Of a stretch of DNA of 64,000 bases, positions 29,688-39,308 are shown in pieces (the stretch's first letter is position 1; every line of letters begins with the position of its first letter). The position numbers and the translations under genes were made by a program. Origin of the DNA: Promethearchaeota archaeon. Lineage in GTDB: Archaea > Asgardarchaeota > Lokiarchaeia > Sigyniarchaeales > SOKP01. The DNA is taken from contig JAHLWS010000065.1 of the NCBI GenBank assembly GCA_019057795.1, forward strand, positions 1-64,000. The letters are read 5' to 3'. A model generated the notes under the pieces. It was not told the DNA's origin. It did not search any database and saw only the letters and a program-made list of their open reading frames with translations.

Positions 29688-31697
29688 TTATTGAGAGAGA
29701 AATTTTTTAATATGATCAGAATTATTTTCCACATTTGTTAAGTTCTCGCATTTCCAGGTAGGATCTTGGAGTAATTCTGTACTAGAGCCGCCAATTTTTT
29801 CTAAAAGGCCAACAAATGCTCCAAAAACTAAAGCTAATCGATATTCAAAAGCAGAAATTTTTCCCCCTCCAATTCCAAAAAGTTTAATTTTACTAGAAGT
29901 AAGTTCGTTTAATACAATATCCGTCCAATAGTGGAGTGCCTCTAAAAAACTAAAATCATTCCCATCAGTCTGATGTATTTTTAAATACCTTTCATCAACC
30001 TTAACATCTCCGGGAAAATTTTTAGGAATGTAGCCAACAGTTTTAATTGAATTCGGATACGCCTTCTGGATATCACCTACAAGGTCACAGACACCAGCAA
30101 CTGTGCTTCCAGAGATAATTGTTCCTTCAAAAGATTTTAATGCTTCTAATAAATTTCTTTGTAAATCTTGCCCGAGTTCTTCCTTACTTAGTTTCGTACT
30201 TCCTGTAATAATGACAAGTGGTATGCTCAAACCACCCTCCTTTACGTCATACTCTTTTTTCAATCGATTTATTGCATCTTTATCCTTGAATCGAATAGCT
30301 AAACCAAGTATTAGTAAATGTCTTACTAATTTAATTCCTTGTAACTTATCATCTACAATGCTAAGACTATCCAGATCATTTAAATGAGAAGAGATCATCC
30401 ATCCTGCTGTACTAAACCTTATCCCCAATAAATAATTATGTAAACTTTCATTTATCTCTTTAGAAAATAATTTAAACAGCCCATTATTGAAATATGCCCA
30501 AGGCATGTTAATTCCAACTGAAATTTGCTCTTCACTCATTTTAATTATGTTTTTTATAGCTGGTAATGAATAATCAAGGATATCGATATTTTTATTAAGA
30601 GTAATATTAGTAATAAAGTAATTAACACCAGTATAGGTATCATCAGGATTAACATTATAAGATTGGTTATAACAGTCAAGCGACCTTTTAAGATTTAGTT
30701 TCTTCCATGAACCGCCTAAGCATGTTAAAGCATCGGTATCTTCAGGATCCAATTTAATTGCTTCTTCTAAATATTTTTGTCCTTGTTGATATTCAGTGCC
30801 ATTAGGATTATTAGCATAATATTTGTATAAAGCAAGACCAAGTTCTCTTAATGCTGAAGAATTATTGGAATTGACAAAATCAGTTAGTAGTTTTATATTA
30901 AGATCCCATTTTTCTACAGCTCTTGCTAGTTTTACAATTCTTAATATTAAATTAAGTTCTTTTGATTTATCAGGGGCAGTATCATATACCAATTCCAAAC
31001 TATTAATTTTATTGTTTATTTCTTGAGCAGTCATATATGCTCCATAATTCGCCTCATATATGCTCAAAAATTCTAAGCTATTCTTAAATTCATAGTCAGC
31101 ATCTTCAAGAATTGCCGCAATTCGATAGAATTGCCGCTTAATTTTATCTGGAATTTTAATACTTGGTTTATATAAATTATCATGTTGAATAACACTCCAA
31201 CAATGTTGAAGAAGAGTTCTTATTTGAAGTTCCGCTTTAAGTTGATAAATCTCATCAGGAACATCAAGATCTTGTAGATATATGGAATCTGGAATTAATT
31301 GTACAATATAATGATGAGATAAATATCCAAATTGATCCTCATCTAAAGTATCGAGTTTGTCCTCGCTATCTTCCCATTGTATTTTGAAATTCTCTTCTAT
31401 TATTTGGCAACATTTCTTTACATCATCTAGAGTTGGTAAAATAATACGTCCACCGCACAGATCGGTTAAATCTTCAACAGGATTTGGTCCATACTTCTCT
31501 GCTTTCCCAGGGCGTTGTATTTTTTCTGCATAACTCGTTACCGCTTTAGCACGTGTTTGAACTATGCTTTCAGGAGAAATATTTTTCGCAATTTTTTTAA
31601 GAATCAATTCAAGTATTTCTGCATATTTAACAAAATCTTTACGACATTCTTTGTAATTATTAATTTCTCTTATAAGCTCATCTCGATCTTTTTTCAT
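29688..31697 (-). CDS. RelA/SpoT synthetase domain + TPR + SLOG-like domain protein
   Basis: RAKAVTSYAEK, DLCGGR, GYLSHH, ELQIRTLLQHCW; central TPRs; C-terminal VIITGS...IISGSTVAGV...VGYIP...GIGGGKISAFEYRLA...IGG. Confidence 0.85.
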   Translation of the reverse strand: MKKDRDELIREINNYKECRKDFVKYAEILELILKKIAKNISPESIVQTRAKAVTSYAEKIQRPGKAEKYGPNPVEDLTDLCGGRIILPTLDDVKKCCQIIEENFKIQWEDSEDKLDTLDEDQFGYLSHHYIVQLIPDSIYLQDLDVPDEIYQLKAELQIRTLLQHCWSVIQHDNLYKPSIKIPDKIKRQFYRIAAILEDADYEFKNSLEFLSIYEANYGAYMTAQEINNKINSLELVYDTAPDKSKELNLILRIVKLARAVEKWDLNIKLLTDFVNSNNSSALRELGLALYKYYANNPNGTEYQQGQKYLEEAIKLDPEDTDALTCLGGSWKKLNLKRSLDCYNQSYNVNPDDTYTGVNYFITNITLNKNIDILDYSLPAIKNIIKMSEEQISVGINMPWAYFNNGLFKLFSKEINESLHNYLLGIRFSTAGWMISSHLNDLDSLSIVDDKLQGIKLVRHLLILGLAIRFKDKDAINRLKKEYDVKEGGLSIPLVIITGSTKLSKEELGQDLQRNLLEALKSFEGTIISGSTVAGVCDLVGDIQKAYPNSIKTVGYIPKNFPGDVKVDERYLKIHQTDGNDFSFLEALHYWTDIVLNELTSSKIKLFGIGGGKISAFEYRLALVFGAFVGLLEKIGGSSTELLQDPTWKCENLTNVENNSDHIKKFLSQ

Positions 31698-31746
31698 TTT
31701 AACTCATTTAATTTTTAAGTTAGTTTACATTTTACAATCTATTTAT

Positions 31747-34272
31747 TTACACTTTATCATGTTCATAAAGAGTTGGTAATATTACTTCTCGTAATTTAGG
31801 GTAAAAATCGGAATCAGACATGAGATATTTCTTCATAGATTGAATATCAGCAATATCAAACTCTAATTCACTGGGTAATTCAGTCTCCTTCAGATAAACA
31901 CCAAAAAATCTCTTCTGTCTTTTCGAAGCGAAGCTAATTTCCTTCATTACATAATCTGAATCGAGTATATGCGGTGTAATAAATAGTAAAAAAGCTTTAC
32001 ATCGCTCTAAATTTTCCACGATTGATCTTTTCCAATTCTCGCTAATAGGAATTCCTTCATCATACCAAATATGTATACCCTTTTTATTAAGATAGTCTAT
32101 TATTGGATATACTTGGAGTTTGTCTGTGTGAGAATAACTAACAAAAACAAATGGCTCATCTCCTTCATATGCTTCAAATGGCATTTGAAATTTCTGTGGA
32201 TCGGAAAGAAAGCTCTCAACTATCAGGTTTTCAAGAGAAGGATGCTTATTTATTTCTATAACCTCATTTACATTTACAACATTTTTCAGGGTCTCCATAA
32301 GACTAGAATCCTTTTTTAAATTCTCACAAAAATGATCTAATTTCTGCTTAGCACTATATGAATGACCTTGGAACATATAATAGATGCAAATATTTTCTAT
32401 TGCTGATATAAGGATTGTGTATTGACCAAATTTCACACGATCAAAAGATTCGGAAAAAATTTGATCGCAAAATGCATTACAAGAAGAAAGAAACTCACCG
32501 AAGTGGGACTCGTCGATAGTCATATCTGCTGTAAATGGACTGGATAATAAAACATCTCCCTCTTTTGTCATTATAGCAAATAATATAGGCTGTTCTGCAT
32601 CTAACTTCGGAGGTTTTACTACACGTTTTCTGAGCATTTGTCCCATTTGATCGTTTAAACGAGCTAATTCTATACGCTCCTCTAAAGGCGCTTTTGAATC
32701 TCTTAAGTGCTCCCATAAGTTTAGTTGATTAAGCAATTGATCGTGTTCACTTGATATCCTCATAGCTAAACGAGTAAGACCATATTTTTCAGCTATTTCT
32801 TGAGCTTTAGCCAATAATCTTCGGGCTTCTTCTAGATTCAATGAGATTAATGCTAATTTAGCTTGTAGAAGATAAGTTTCCCCCAAAATCCAAAATGAAT
32901 GTGATTTATCGGATAAATTTAATAGTTGGGTAATAAAAGGCTTGATCTCTTCTAAAATTTCTACTTCATTAGTCATTTGTAATTCAGCGAGGAGCAATTC
33001 ACATAAGTTAAGTAATGTTTTTAGTAAAATACCAATTTGTAAATCCTTTTCTTCAAGAATTTGCCTTAATAATTCTTCAGCTTTTACCCGATTGCGGGCT
33101 CGAGGACTGGTTTTCAATAGCAAAGCCTTATCAAAAAGATACACTAAATTAATAAATTTGTCTTTTAATTGACTGTTCAATTGCTCCAAATCACGAAGAG
33201 AATTCCGTGCTCGTTCAAGATCGCCCATATCAATTAATATCTGAATTAAAATGTTAAGGTTAAGAGCTAGTTCTCTTAAAACTCCTAACTCACGGCTTAA
33301 TCCCATAGATTGTTCTATACGCTCTAAAGCACGATCCAATTCTCCTTTCATTCGATAACTTTCAGATAAATTGTTAAAAACATAAATCATTAAGTATTTA
33401 TAGTTAAGTTCATTGTAAATTATCAAGCTTTGCTCAAAAAGCATAATACTACGATCCAATTCACCTCTCATTGCATAACTATCTCCCAAATCGCTAAGAA
33501 CCCTTGCTATCATAAATTTATTGTTAAGTTCATTGTAAATTATCAAGCTTTGCTCAAAAAGCATAATACTACGATCCAATTCACCTTTAACCAGATGTAC
33601 CCCTGCCATATAGTAAAGACAATATCCAATAACATTTTTATTACCACTTTCCTCGGCAAGAGCCAAGCCTTGCTTCAAGTATTTTAAAGCACGGTCAAAA
33701 TCACCTTTTAGATACGTAAATACATGGGCAATTCCTACAAGGGAACGCGCAATTTCTTTTTTAGCACTAAGTTCTTCTCGCAATGATATACTGAGCTCAA
33801 ACTGTTTTACTGCATGATCAGCCTCACTTTTTTGTTCGTAAGCCCATCCTTTCAGAAAAGCTATATACGCCTCTCTTTGCTTGTACTCTGCGGGTAATTC
33901 TAGTGTTAAAGTTTTTAGCAGTTCTTCTCCCTGCTTAATGATATCGTGAGCTTTATCCGTTGGACCTTGACCCATACGTAATAGAGCTAAAGCCATTATT
34001 AGTAAGATATCAACTGATAGAAGGTTATTTCCTAATCCTAAACTCTCTTTATATGTTTGTTCGGCAAGTTTTACACTATCTTCATATAAACCTCGCTCAC
34101 ATAAGAGCTCACATTTGAGGAAATAACATAAAACTATATCGTGAAGAGTGTGTCCTCCTTTTTCCTCAAAGCTCTTTATTAATTGCTCTGCTTCATCAAG
34201 CTTATATTCATCAATGAGTTGTTTTGCTCGAATTAATTCCTTAGGTTCTAAATAAGTCATATGTTTTTCCAT
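31747..34272 (-). CDS. TPR-repeat + longin-like + TIR domain protein (paralog 1)
   Basis: 40-aa TPR repeats; FAIMTKEGDVLLS domain; TIR motifs VFVSYSHTD, IWYDEGI, SDYVMKEI. Confidence 0.85.
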   Translation of the reverse strand: MEKHMTYLEPKELIRAKQLIDEYKLDEAEQLIKSFEEKGGHTLHDIVLCYFLKCELLCERGLYEDSVKLAEQTYKESLGLGNNLLSVDILLIMALALLRMGQGPTDKAHDIIKQGEELLKTLTLELPAEYKQREAYIAFLKGWAYEQKSEADHAVKQFELSISLREELSAKKEIARSLVGIAHVFTYLKGDFDRALKYLKQGLALAEESGNKNVIGYCLYYMAGVHLVKGELDRSIMLFEQSLIIYNELNNKFMIARVLSDLGDSYAMRGELDRSIMLFEQSLIIYNELNYKYLMIYVFNNLSESYRMKGELDRALERIEQSMGLSRELGVLRELALNLNILIQILIDMGDLERARNSLRDLEQLNSQLKDKFINLVYLFDKALLLKTSPRARNRVKAEELLRQILEEKDLQIGILLKTLLNLCELLLAELQMTNEVEILEEIKPFITQLLNLSDKSHSFWILGETYLLQAKLALISLNLEEARRLLAKAQEIAEKYGLTRLAMRISSEHDQLLNQLNLWEHLRDSKAPLEERIELARLNDQMGQMLRKRVVKPPKLDAEQPILFAIMTKEGDVLLSSPFTADMTIDESHFGEFLSSCNAFCDQIFSESFDRVKFGQYTILISAIENICIYYMFQGHSYSAKQKLDHFCENLKKDSSLMETLKNVVNVNEVIEINKHPSLENLIVESFLSDPQKFQMPFEAYEGDEPFVFVSYSHTDKLQVYPIIDYLNKKGIHIWYDEGIPISENWKRSIVENLERCKAFLLFITPHILDSDYVMKEISFASKRQKRFFGVYLKETELPSELEFDIADIQSMKKYLMSDSDFYPKLREVILPTLYEHDKV
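33403..33586. repeat. Two identical 64-bp units with a 120-bp period (33403-33466, 33523-33586)
   Basis: Both encode GELDRSIMLFEQSLIIYNELN in adjacent TPRs. Confidence 0.9.
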
Positions 34273-34308
34273 AAATTATCGGTTTAAAAACTTGGATTTA
34301 TACTTTAA

Positions 34309-34325
34309 AAATACAATTAATATAT
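34309..34325 (-). promoter_or_regulatory. 17-bp upstream element shared by both TIR genes (second copy at 36889-36905)
   Basis: aaatacaattaatatat lies about 40-50 bp upstream of each start. Confidence 0.55.
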
Positions 34326-34475
34326 TAAGTAATTAAGTCAATTACAATTTTAAATATAATACAATTTGTTTTCTCCAGTTATTTATATCATTTTCTTTTT
34401 TTCAATTTTTATATCCTTCTTTCAACTGATTATTAATTTATTCTTTAATAATTATTATTCGATTTTGCAAATCAT

Positions 34476-36839
34476 TCATCCATGAAGCACAGGAAACAGT
34501 GTATTTCTTAACTTATCATAAAATTCGGTTTCTGGCATGAGGTATTTTTTCATTGCTTGAATTTCATCCATATCAAACATTAGCTCATGAGGTAATTCTG
34601 TTTCTTTCAAATAAATCGTGAAAAATGGCTTATGCATTTTCATTGCATAATTAATTTCTTTCCTCACATATTCTGAATCTATTATATGAGGGGTTACAAA
34701 CACCAAAAAAGCATTACACTTATCTAAGTTTTCTACTATGGATTTCTTCCAATTCTCGCTAATAGGAATCCCTTCATCATACCAGATATTTAATCCAATT
34801 TTATTAAGATAATCTATAATAGGATAGACTTGGAGTTTGTCTGTATGAGAGTAGCTAGCAAAAACAAATGCCTCATCTCCTTCATATGCTTTAAATGGCA
34901 TTTGAAATTTGTGTGGATCAGATAGAAAACTCTCAACAATTAATTCCTCAAGAGAAGGATGTTCATTTATTGATATAATCTTATTCTCGTTAACAATATT
35001 TCCCAGAAATTTCATTAAAGTGGGATCTTTTTTAATTGCATCACAGAAATGGGTTAATTTCTGCTGAGCACTATATGAATGTCCTTGGAACATATAATAG
35101 ATGCAAATATGTTCTATTGCTGATATAAGGATTGTGTATTGACCAAATTTCACACGATCAAACGATTCTGAAAAAATTTGATCACAAAAAGTCATACAAG
35201 AGGTTAAAAACTCACCGAAGTGGGTCTCATCAATAGTCATATCCGCAGTAAAGGGGCAGGATAACACCATCTCACCCTCTTTTGTCATTATAGCAAATAA
35301 TATAGGCTGTTCTGCTTCCAATTTTGGATATTCCATCACACGTTTCTTGGTCATGTGTTTTATTTGATTAGCCAAACGAGCTAATTCTATACGTTCTCCC
35401 ATAGGGGCATTTGATTCTCTTAATCCCTCCCACACACTCAATTCATTTAATAATTTATCATGTTCTTCTGAAATACTCATAGCTAACCTATTAAGACCAA
35501 ATTTTTCAGCAATTTGCTGTCCTTTAGCCAATAATCGTCTAGCTTCTTCCAGGTTAGATGATATTAAAACCATTTTTGCTTGTAATAGATACGCTTCGGC
35601 TTGAAGCGAGTATGAATGTGTTTTTTCGGCAATATTTAATAGTCGACCAATATAATCTTTTATTTCATCCACGATTTCCATATCGTTGGTATTACGTAAA
35701 TCTACTAAGAGTATGTCACAAAGATTAATTATAGCAATTTTTTGCCCAGCATCCTCTTCAATTACCTCTTTTAATAATTTTTGAGCCTTAGCTAAATTGC
35801 TAATTCGCGGTTTAGTTTTCAACAATAAAGCTTTGCTTACACGATATAGTCTATTAACCCCTTTATTTTGTGTTTGATCGGAAATTTCTTTTATCTGTTG
35901 TAAGTATTCCTCTGCTTGGTTAATCTCATTTTTACTTATAGTTATTCGTAATAATGTGTACATAAATGAAGCGAGAAAAGGAATATTATGACCGACTTGC
36001 CTATACAATGTCAAACCCCGTTCACTAAATATTAAAGCTTGATCAAAATCACCTTGGCTATAATAAATATTGCCAATGCAGTCTAAAAAATATGCGATAT
36101 TTATTTTACCGCTATTAAGTTTCTCAGCAAGCGCTAAACCTCGTTTATAGTAGATGAGGGCATGATCCAATTCACCTCTTTGATTATAAAAAAATCCCAT
36201 ATGATAGAAAAGCCATGTAAGAAACGCATTAAAACCTTTTTCTTCAAGTGCAAGAGCTTTATCATAGTATTTCAGAGCTTGTTCCCAATCACCTTGAGAT
36301 AAGTAATTTAACCCAATATATTGATAAAATCGTGCAATTTCATGCTTATTACCTAGTTTTTTTTGCAGTGCTAATCCATATTTAAGATATTTTAAACTAA
36401 GCTCTAAATCCCTTTCAAGATAATTATCCACATTAATATAACCTTTTATAAGAGCAATAGCAGATTCTATCCTGTTGTGTTCAATTGTCGTTTCTAGAGT
36501 AATAGTTTTAAAAAATTTTTCACATTTCATAATCACCTCAAGACTCTCGTTATATCTCTCAAGATACATAAAAGCCTCAGCCATTTCAATGGATACATCA
36601 ATTGATTGGATAGGAGTTCCTAATTTTTCAGCGTCTTTATAAGTTTTTTTGGCAAGTTTGAGAGCATCTTCATGGAACCCTAGCTTGTTTAGGAGAGTAC
36701 ACTTAATGATATTGTTGGAAAGTTGATCTTGAGATGTAATACCTTCATTTTTCTCTATTTCTTTGATTATCTTAAAGGCTTCAATAAATTTACCTTCTTC
36801 CTTAAGATGTTTTGCTTGAAGCAATTCTTCAGGATCCAA
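34476..36839 (-). CDS. TPR-repeat + longin-like + TIR domain protein (paralog 2)
   Basis: TPRs; FAIMTKEGEMVLS; TIR motifs VFASYSHTD, IWYDEGI, SEYVRKEI. Confidence 0.85.
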   Translation of the reverse strand: MDPEELLQAKHLKEEGKFIEAFKIIKEIEKNEGITSQDQLSNNIIKCTLLNKLGFHEDALKLAKKTYKDAEKLGTPIQSIDVSIEMAEAFMYLERYNESLEVIMKCEKFFKTITLETTIEHNRIESAIALIKGYINVDNYLERDLELSLKYLKYGLALQKKLGNKHEIARFYQYIGLNYLSQGDWEQALKYYDKALALEEKGFNAFLTWLFYHMGFFYNQRGELDHALIYYKRGLALAEKLNSGKINIAYFLDCIGNIYYSQGDFDQALIFSERGLTLYRQVGHNIPFLASFMYTLLRITISKNEINQAEEYLQQIKEISDQTQNKGVNRLYRVSKALLLKTKPRISNLAKAQKLLKEVIEEDAGQKIAIINLCDILLVDLRNTNDMEIVDEIKDYIGRLLNIAEKTHSYSLQAEAYLLQAKMVLISSNLEEARRLLAKGQQIAEKFGLNRLAMSISEEHDKLLNELSVWEGLRESNAPMGERIELARLANQIKHMTKKRVMEYPKLEAEQPILFAIMTKEGEMVLSCPFTADMTIDETHFGEFLTSCMTFCDQIFSESFDRVKFGQYTILISAIEHICIYYMFQGHSYSAQQKLTHFCDAIKKDPTLMKFLGNIVNENKIISINEHPSLEELIVESFLSDPHKFQMPFKAYEGDEAFVFASYSHTDKLQVYPIIDYLNKIGLNIWYDEGIPISENWKKSIVENLDKCNAFLVFVTPHIIDSEYVRKEINYAMKMHKPFFTIYLKETELPHELMFDMDEIQAMKKYLMPETEFYDKLRNTLFPVLHG

Positions 36840-37100
36840 CTAAGACCTCTCTATATAAAGATTTGATTTGTTTAGATTATAAATTTTTAAATACAATTAA
36901 TATATAAGGGTAATTACTATTTTAAATGTAATTAAGGTTAATGAGTTGTTGGTGAAATAGAAAAAAAGAATTAAAAAAATTATAGTCCCAGAAAATAATG
37001 AAGAATTAGATGATGATCATTTTTAAAATTTTGAGAAACAATAAAATAAGACTTATCAATTCTATAAAAATAAAAATACAACAGGACTTCATTAGTGGGG

Positions 37101-38150
37101 CTAGGGTGAGAACCAATTTCCCCCCTTCATTTTTGATTCTTTGAGGACCTCTCTATCATAGGCACCGAATTCTTCCTCGGCCCTGTTGATGTAAGCATTA
37201 AATCCCTTGAAATCGAATCCGGCGAGGTTGCAGAGGATAGCGTCTAGGGACACGAGGTCTCTGCCAAAGGCCACAACCCCCAAGCCCTCTATAATGTTGT
37301 ATTTGCGCTTGAACATATCTTCAAACTTACCTTCAGGATGGAGGACGGCCGTGTTGTTCAACGCTTCACAAATCCCGTAAATGTTGAAGAGAGAGTGGTA
37401 AATTTTGTTAATGTCGACGATACTCTTTGCAAGCATGCTATTTTCTGGTCCATGCCACCATGGCCTCCATGGATCGGGTATCATTCCGAAAAGGTTCTTC
37501 AAAGTGAATGTGTTGAAGTGTTTCAGTTTAGCTAAGCTGATGAACGTCGATCCACGCAGGTCGTAAAGTCTTTTCGGTATCATACTATAAAGCTTGTCTA
37601 TTTGAACCGGTTTGAAACGTGTCTCCACTATCCTCTTTACTTCTGTTGGATCTGCTATCCTTCCACTCCAAACTTCATCGGTCACGCAGATGTAACTGAC
37701 ATTGAACTCCTTGAAGAGATCTGTGAACCCATATCTGCCAAGGAAGGCTTTATCCTCCTTCTTGATCTGATCCCAGTATCCACCTTTCTTAAACCAGTCC
37801 CAATCCGGGTTTTCGATAAACCAGTTCCAACCGCCGCCATCTATTATCCACTTTAAGTTCACCTCCTTGTCCTCGACGACGAAGCTCATCCCCTCCTTTA
37901 GGAGTTCATTAACCACGTGTGTGGAGGATTCCGTGACCACGATATGGGCGTCAAGTGCCTCCAATATCGTTCTCAAAGTCTTGGAATCGATGAAATGTGC
38001 TGGTTCTGTTGATACCCAGTTTGGTTTGATGATGATGGTCTCGGATTCGAGCCAAGGGTCAATCAATAGCTGCTTTAATTCATCGGAGTTGCTTACTTTC
38101 GCTATGGTTATCTGACCGAACTTGTGATAGGGAACAGACATGTTCAACAT
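37101..38150 (-). CDS. DUF362 domain protein
   Basis: IIKPNWV, LAKLK, TLKNLFG, DLVSLDA; visibly GC-richer than its flanks. Confidence 0.75.
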   Translation of the reverse strand: MLNMSVPYHKFGQITIAKVSNSDELKQLLIDPWLESETIIIKPNWVSTEPAHFIDSKTLRTILEALDAHIVVTESSTHVVNELLKEGMSFVVEDKEVNLKWIIDGGGWNWFIENPDWDWFKKGGYWDQIKKEDKAFLGRYGFTDLFKEFNVSYICVTDEVWSGRIADPTEVKRIVETRFKPVQIDKLYSMIPKRLYDLRGSTFISLAKLKHFNTFTLKNLFGMIPDPWRPWWHGPENSMLAKSIVDINKIYHSLFNIYGICEALNNTAVLHPEGKFEDMFKRKYNIIEGLGVVAFGRDLVSLDAILCNLAGFDFKGFNAYINRAEEEFGAYDREVLKESKMKGGNWFSP

Positions 38151-38570
38151 ATAGTTTTTAAATGAGTTTAGCTAATTCTTTAGGGTCTGAATGAGACATT
38201 TAATCATCTTTACTTAATAGATTTGATAAATAAACTTGGATTAGTTTTTTTTATACAATAGAAATATTAAGATAACAAAAATTATAAATATCTTCTTTTC
38301 TCTTTTAATCATCTCGATTGATTATATGTTCAGAAAATGGTTTGATATTTTTTAGAGATTAAATGGTGCGAATTGTATAAATTGTAAAAAAAAATCATTT
38401 TCGTATTTCTTAGAAAAACCTTTAAATCTAGAATAATTGAGAATGAGATCACAGAGAAAATTGATTTTAAGCGTAAATTTTTTTTTATTTTCTTTTTTAG
38501 GATTTCTCTCTTTTAAAAATACGAAAACGCTTTAAAATTTAAAAAAGAACATTAAAAATAAGAAAAAAAG

Positions 38571-39308
38571 TTAAGGCATTGTTATAATGTTAGTATCTTC
38601 GTCAAGATTTATTATACCCTTTACTGCAAGCTGTTTAATAGTTCTAACAGCCATAATTGGAGGAACATCAAGCAGTTTTTTCAAGTCATTAAGATTACAG
38701 CTACCTTGAGCCATAATAGTGGCTATTATATCAACCTCAGGAAAATCTTCTTTAGAATTTTCTATTAAAAACGATGTAAAGTAGCTATCCCTTTTTAAAT
38801 AAGTTAGTTTTTTATTTAAATCTTCCATCTTTTGCCCTGTATATGTTGTTTTTAGTTGATTTTCCTTGTTTTCGTTATCGATCTTTTTCTGGTCTAACTG
38901 TGACTTTTCTAACTCTTTTGAAGCGATTTTTTCGTTTATGGTATTTAACTTCGATAAATTGTTTTCAAGCTCAACTTTAGGTGTCTTGAGATCGTCATTT
39001 ATACTCTCTAAAGTGCCTTTTAATTCCGAAACTTTTGATAAGGATTCGTCCTTTGTAGATTTTAAGCTTTCAAGTTTTTTATTTAAATCATCTGCTTTAA
39101 TTTTTAATCCAGTTAATTCATTCTTTTGAATTTCAATATTTCTTTCTATTTTTTGGAGATCATCATGCTCTAATTTCATCAATTTCCATGTTGAGCTTAA
39201 ATTTTGAATAATATTTTCGCAATTTTTTTGAAAGGCTTGCTGATATTCGTCAAAATATTTTTCAAGTTGTTCAATTGATCCTAAAATATCTTTTAAACTT
39301 GAACTCAT
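38571..39308 (-). CDS. Coiled-coil protein with C-terminal winged helix
   Basis: Long E/K/L heptads, then DIIATIMAQGSCNLNDLKKLL...IKQLAVKGIINLD. Confidence 0.75.
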   Translation of the reverse strand: MSSSLKDILGSIEQLEKYFDEYQQAFQKNCENIIQNLSSTWKLMKLEHDDLQKIERNIEIQKNELTGLKIKADDLNKKLESLKSTKDESLSKVSELKGTLESINDDLKTPKVELENNLSKLNTINEKIASKELEKSQLDQKKIDNENKENQLKTTYTGQKMEDLNKKLTYLKRDSYFTSFLIENSKEDFPEVDIIATIMAQGSCNLNDLKKLLDVPPIMAVRTIKQLAVKGIINLDEDTNIITMP

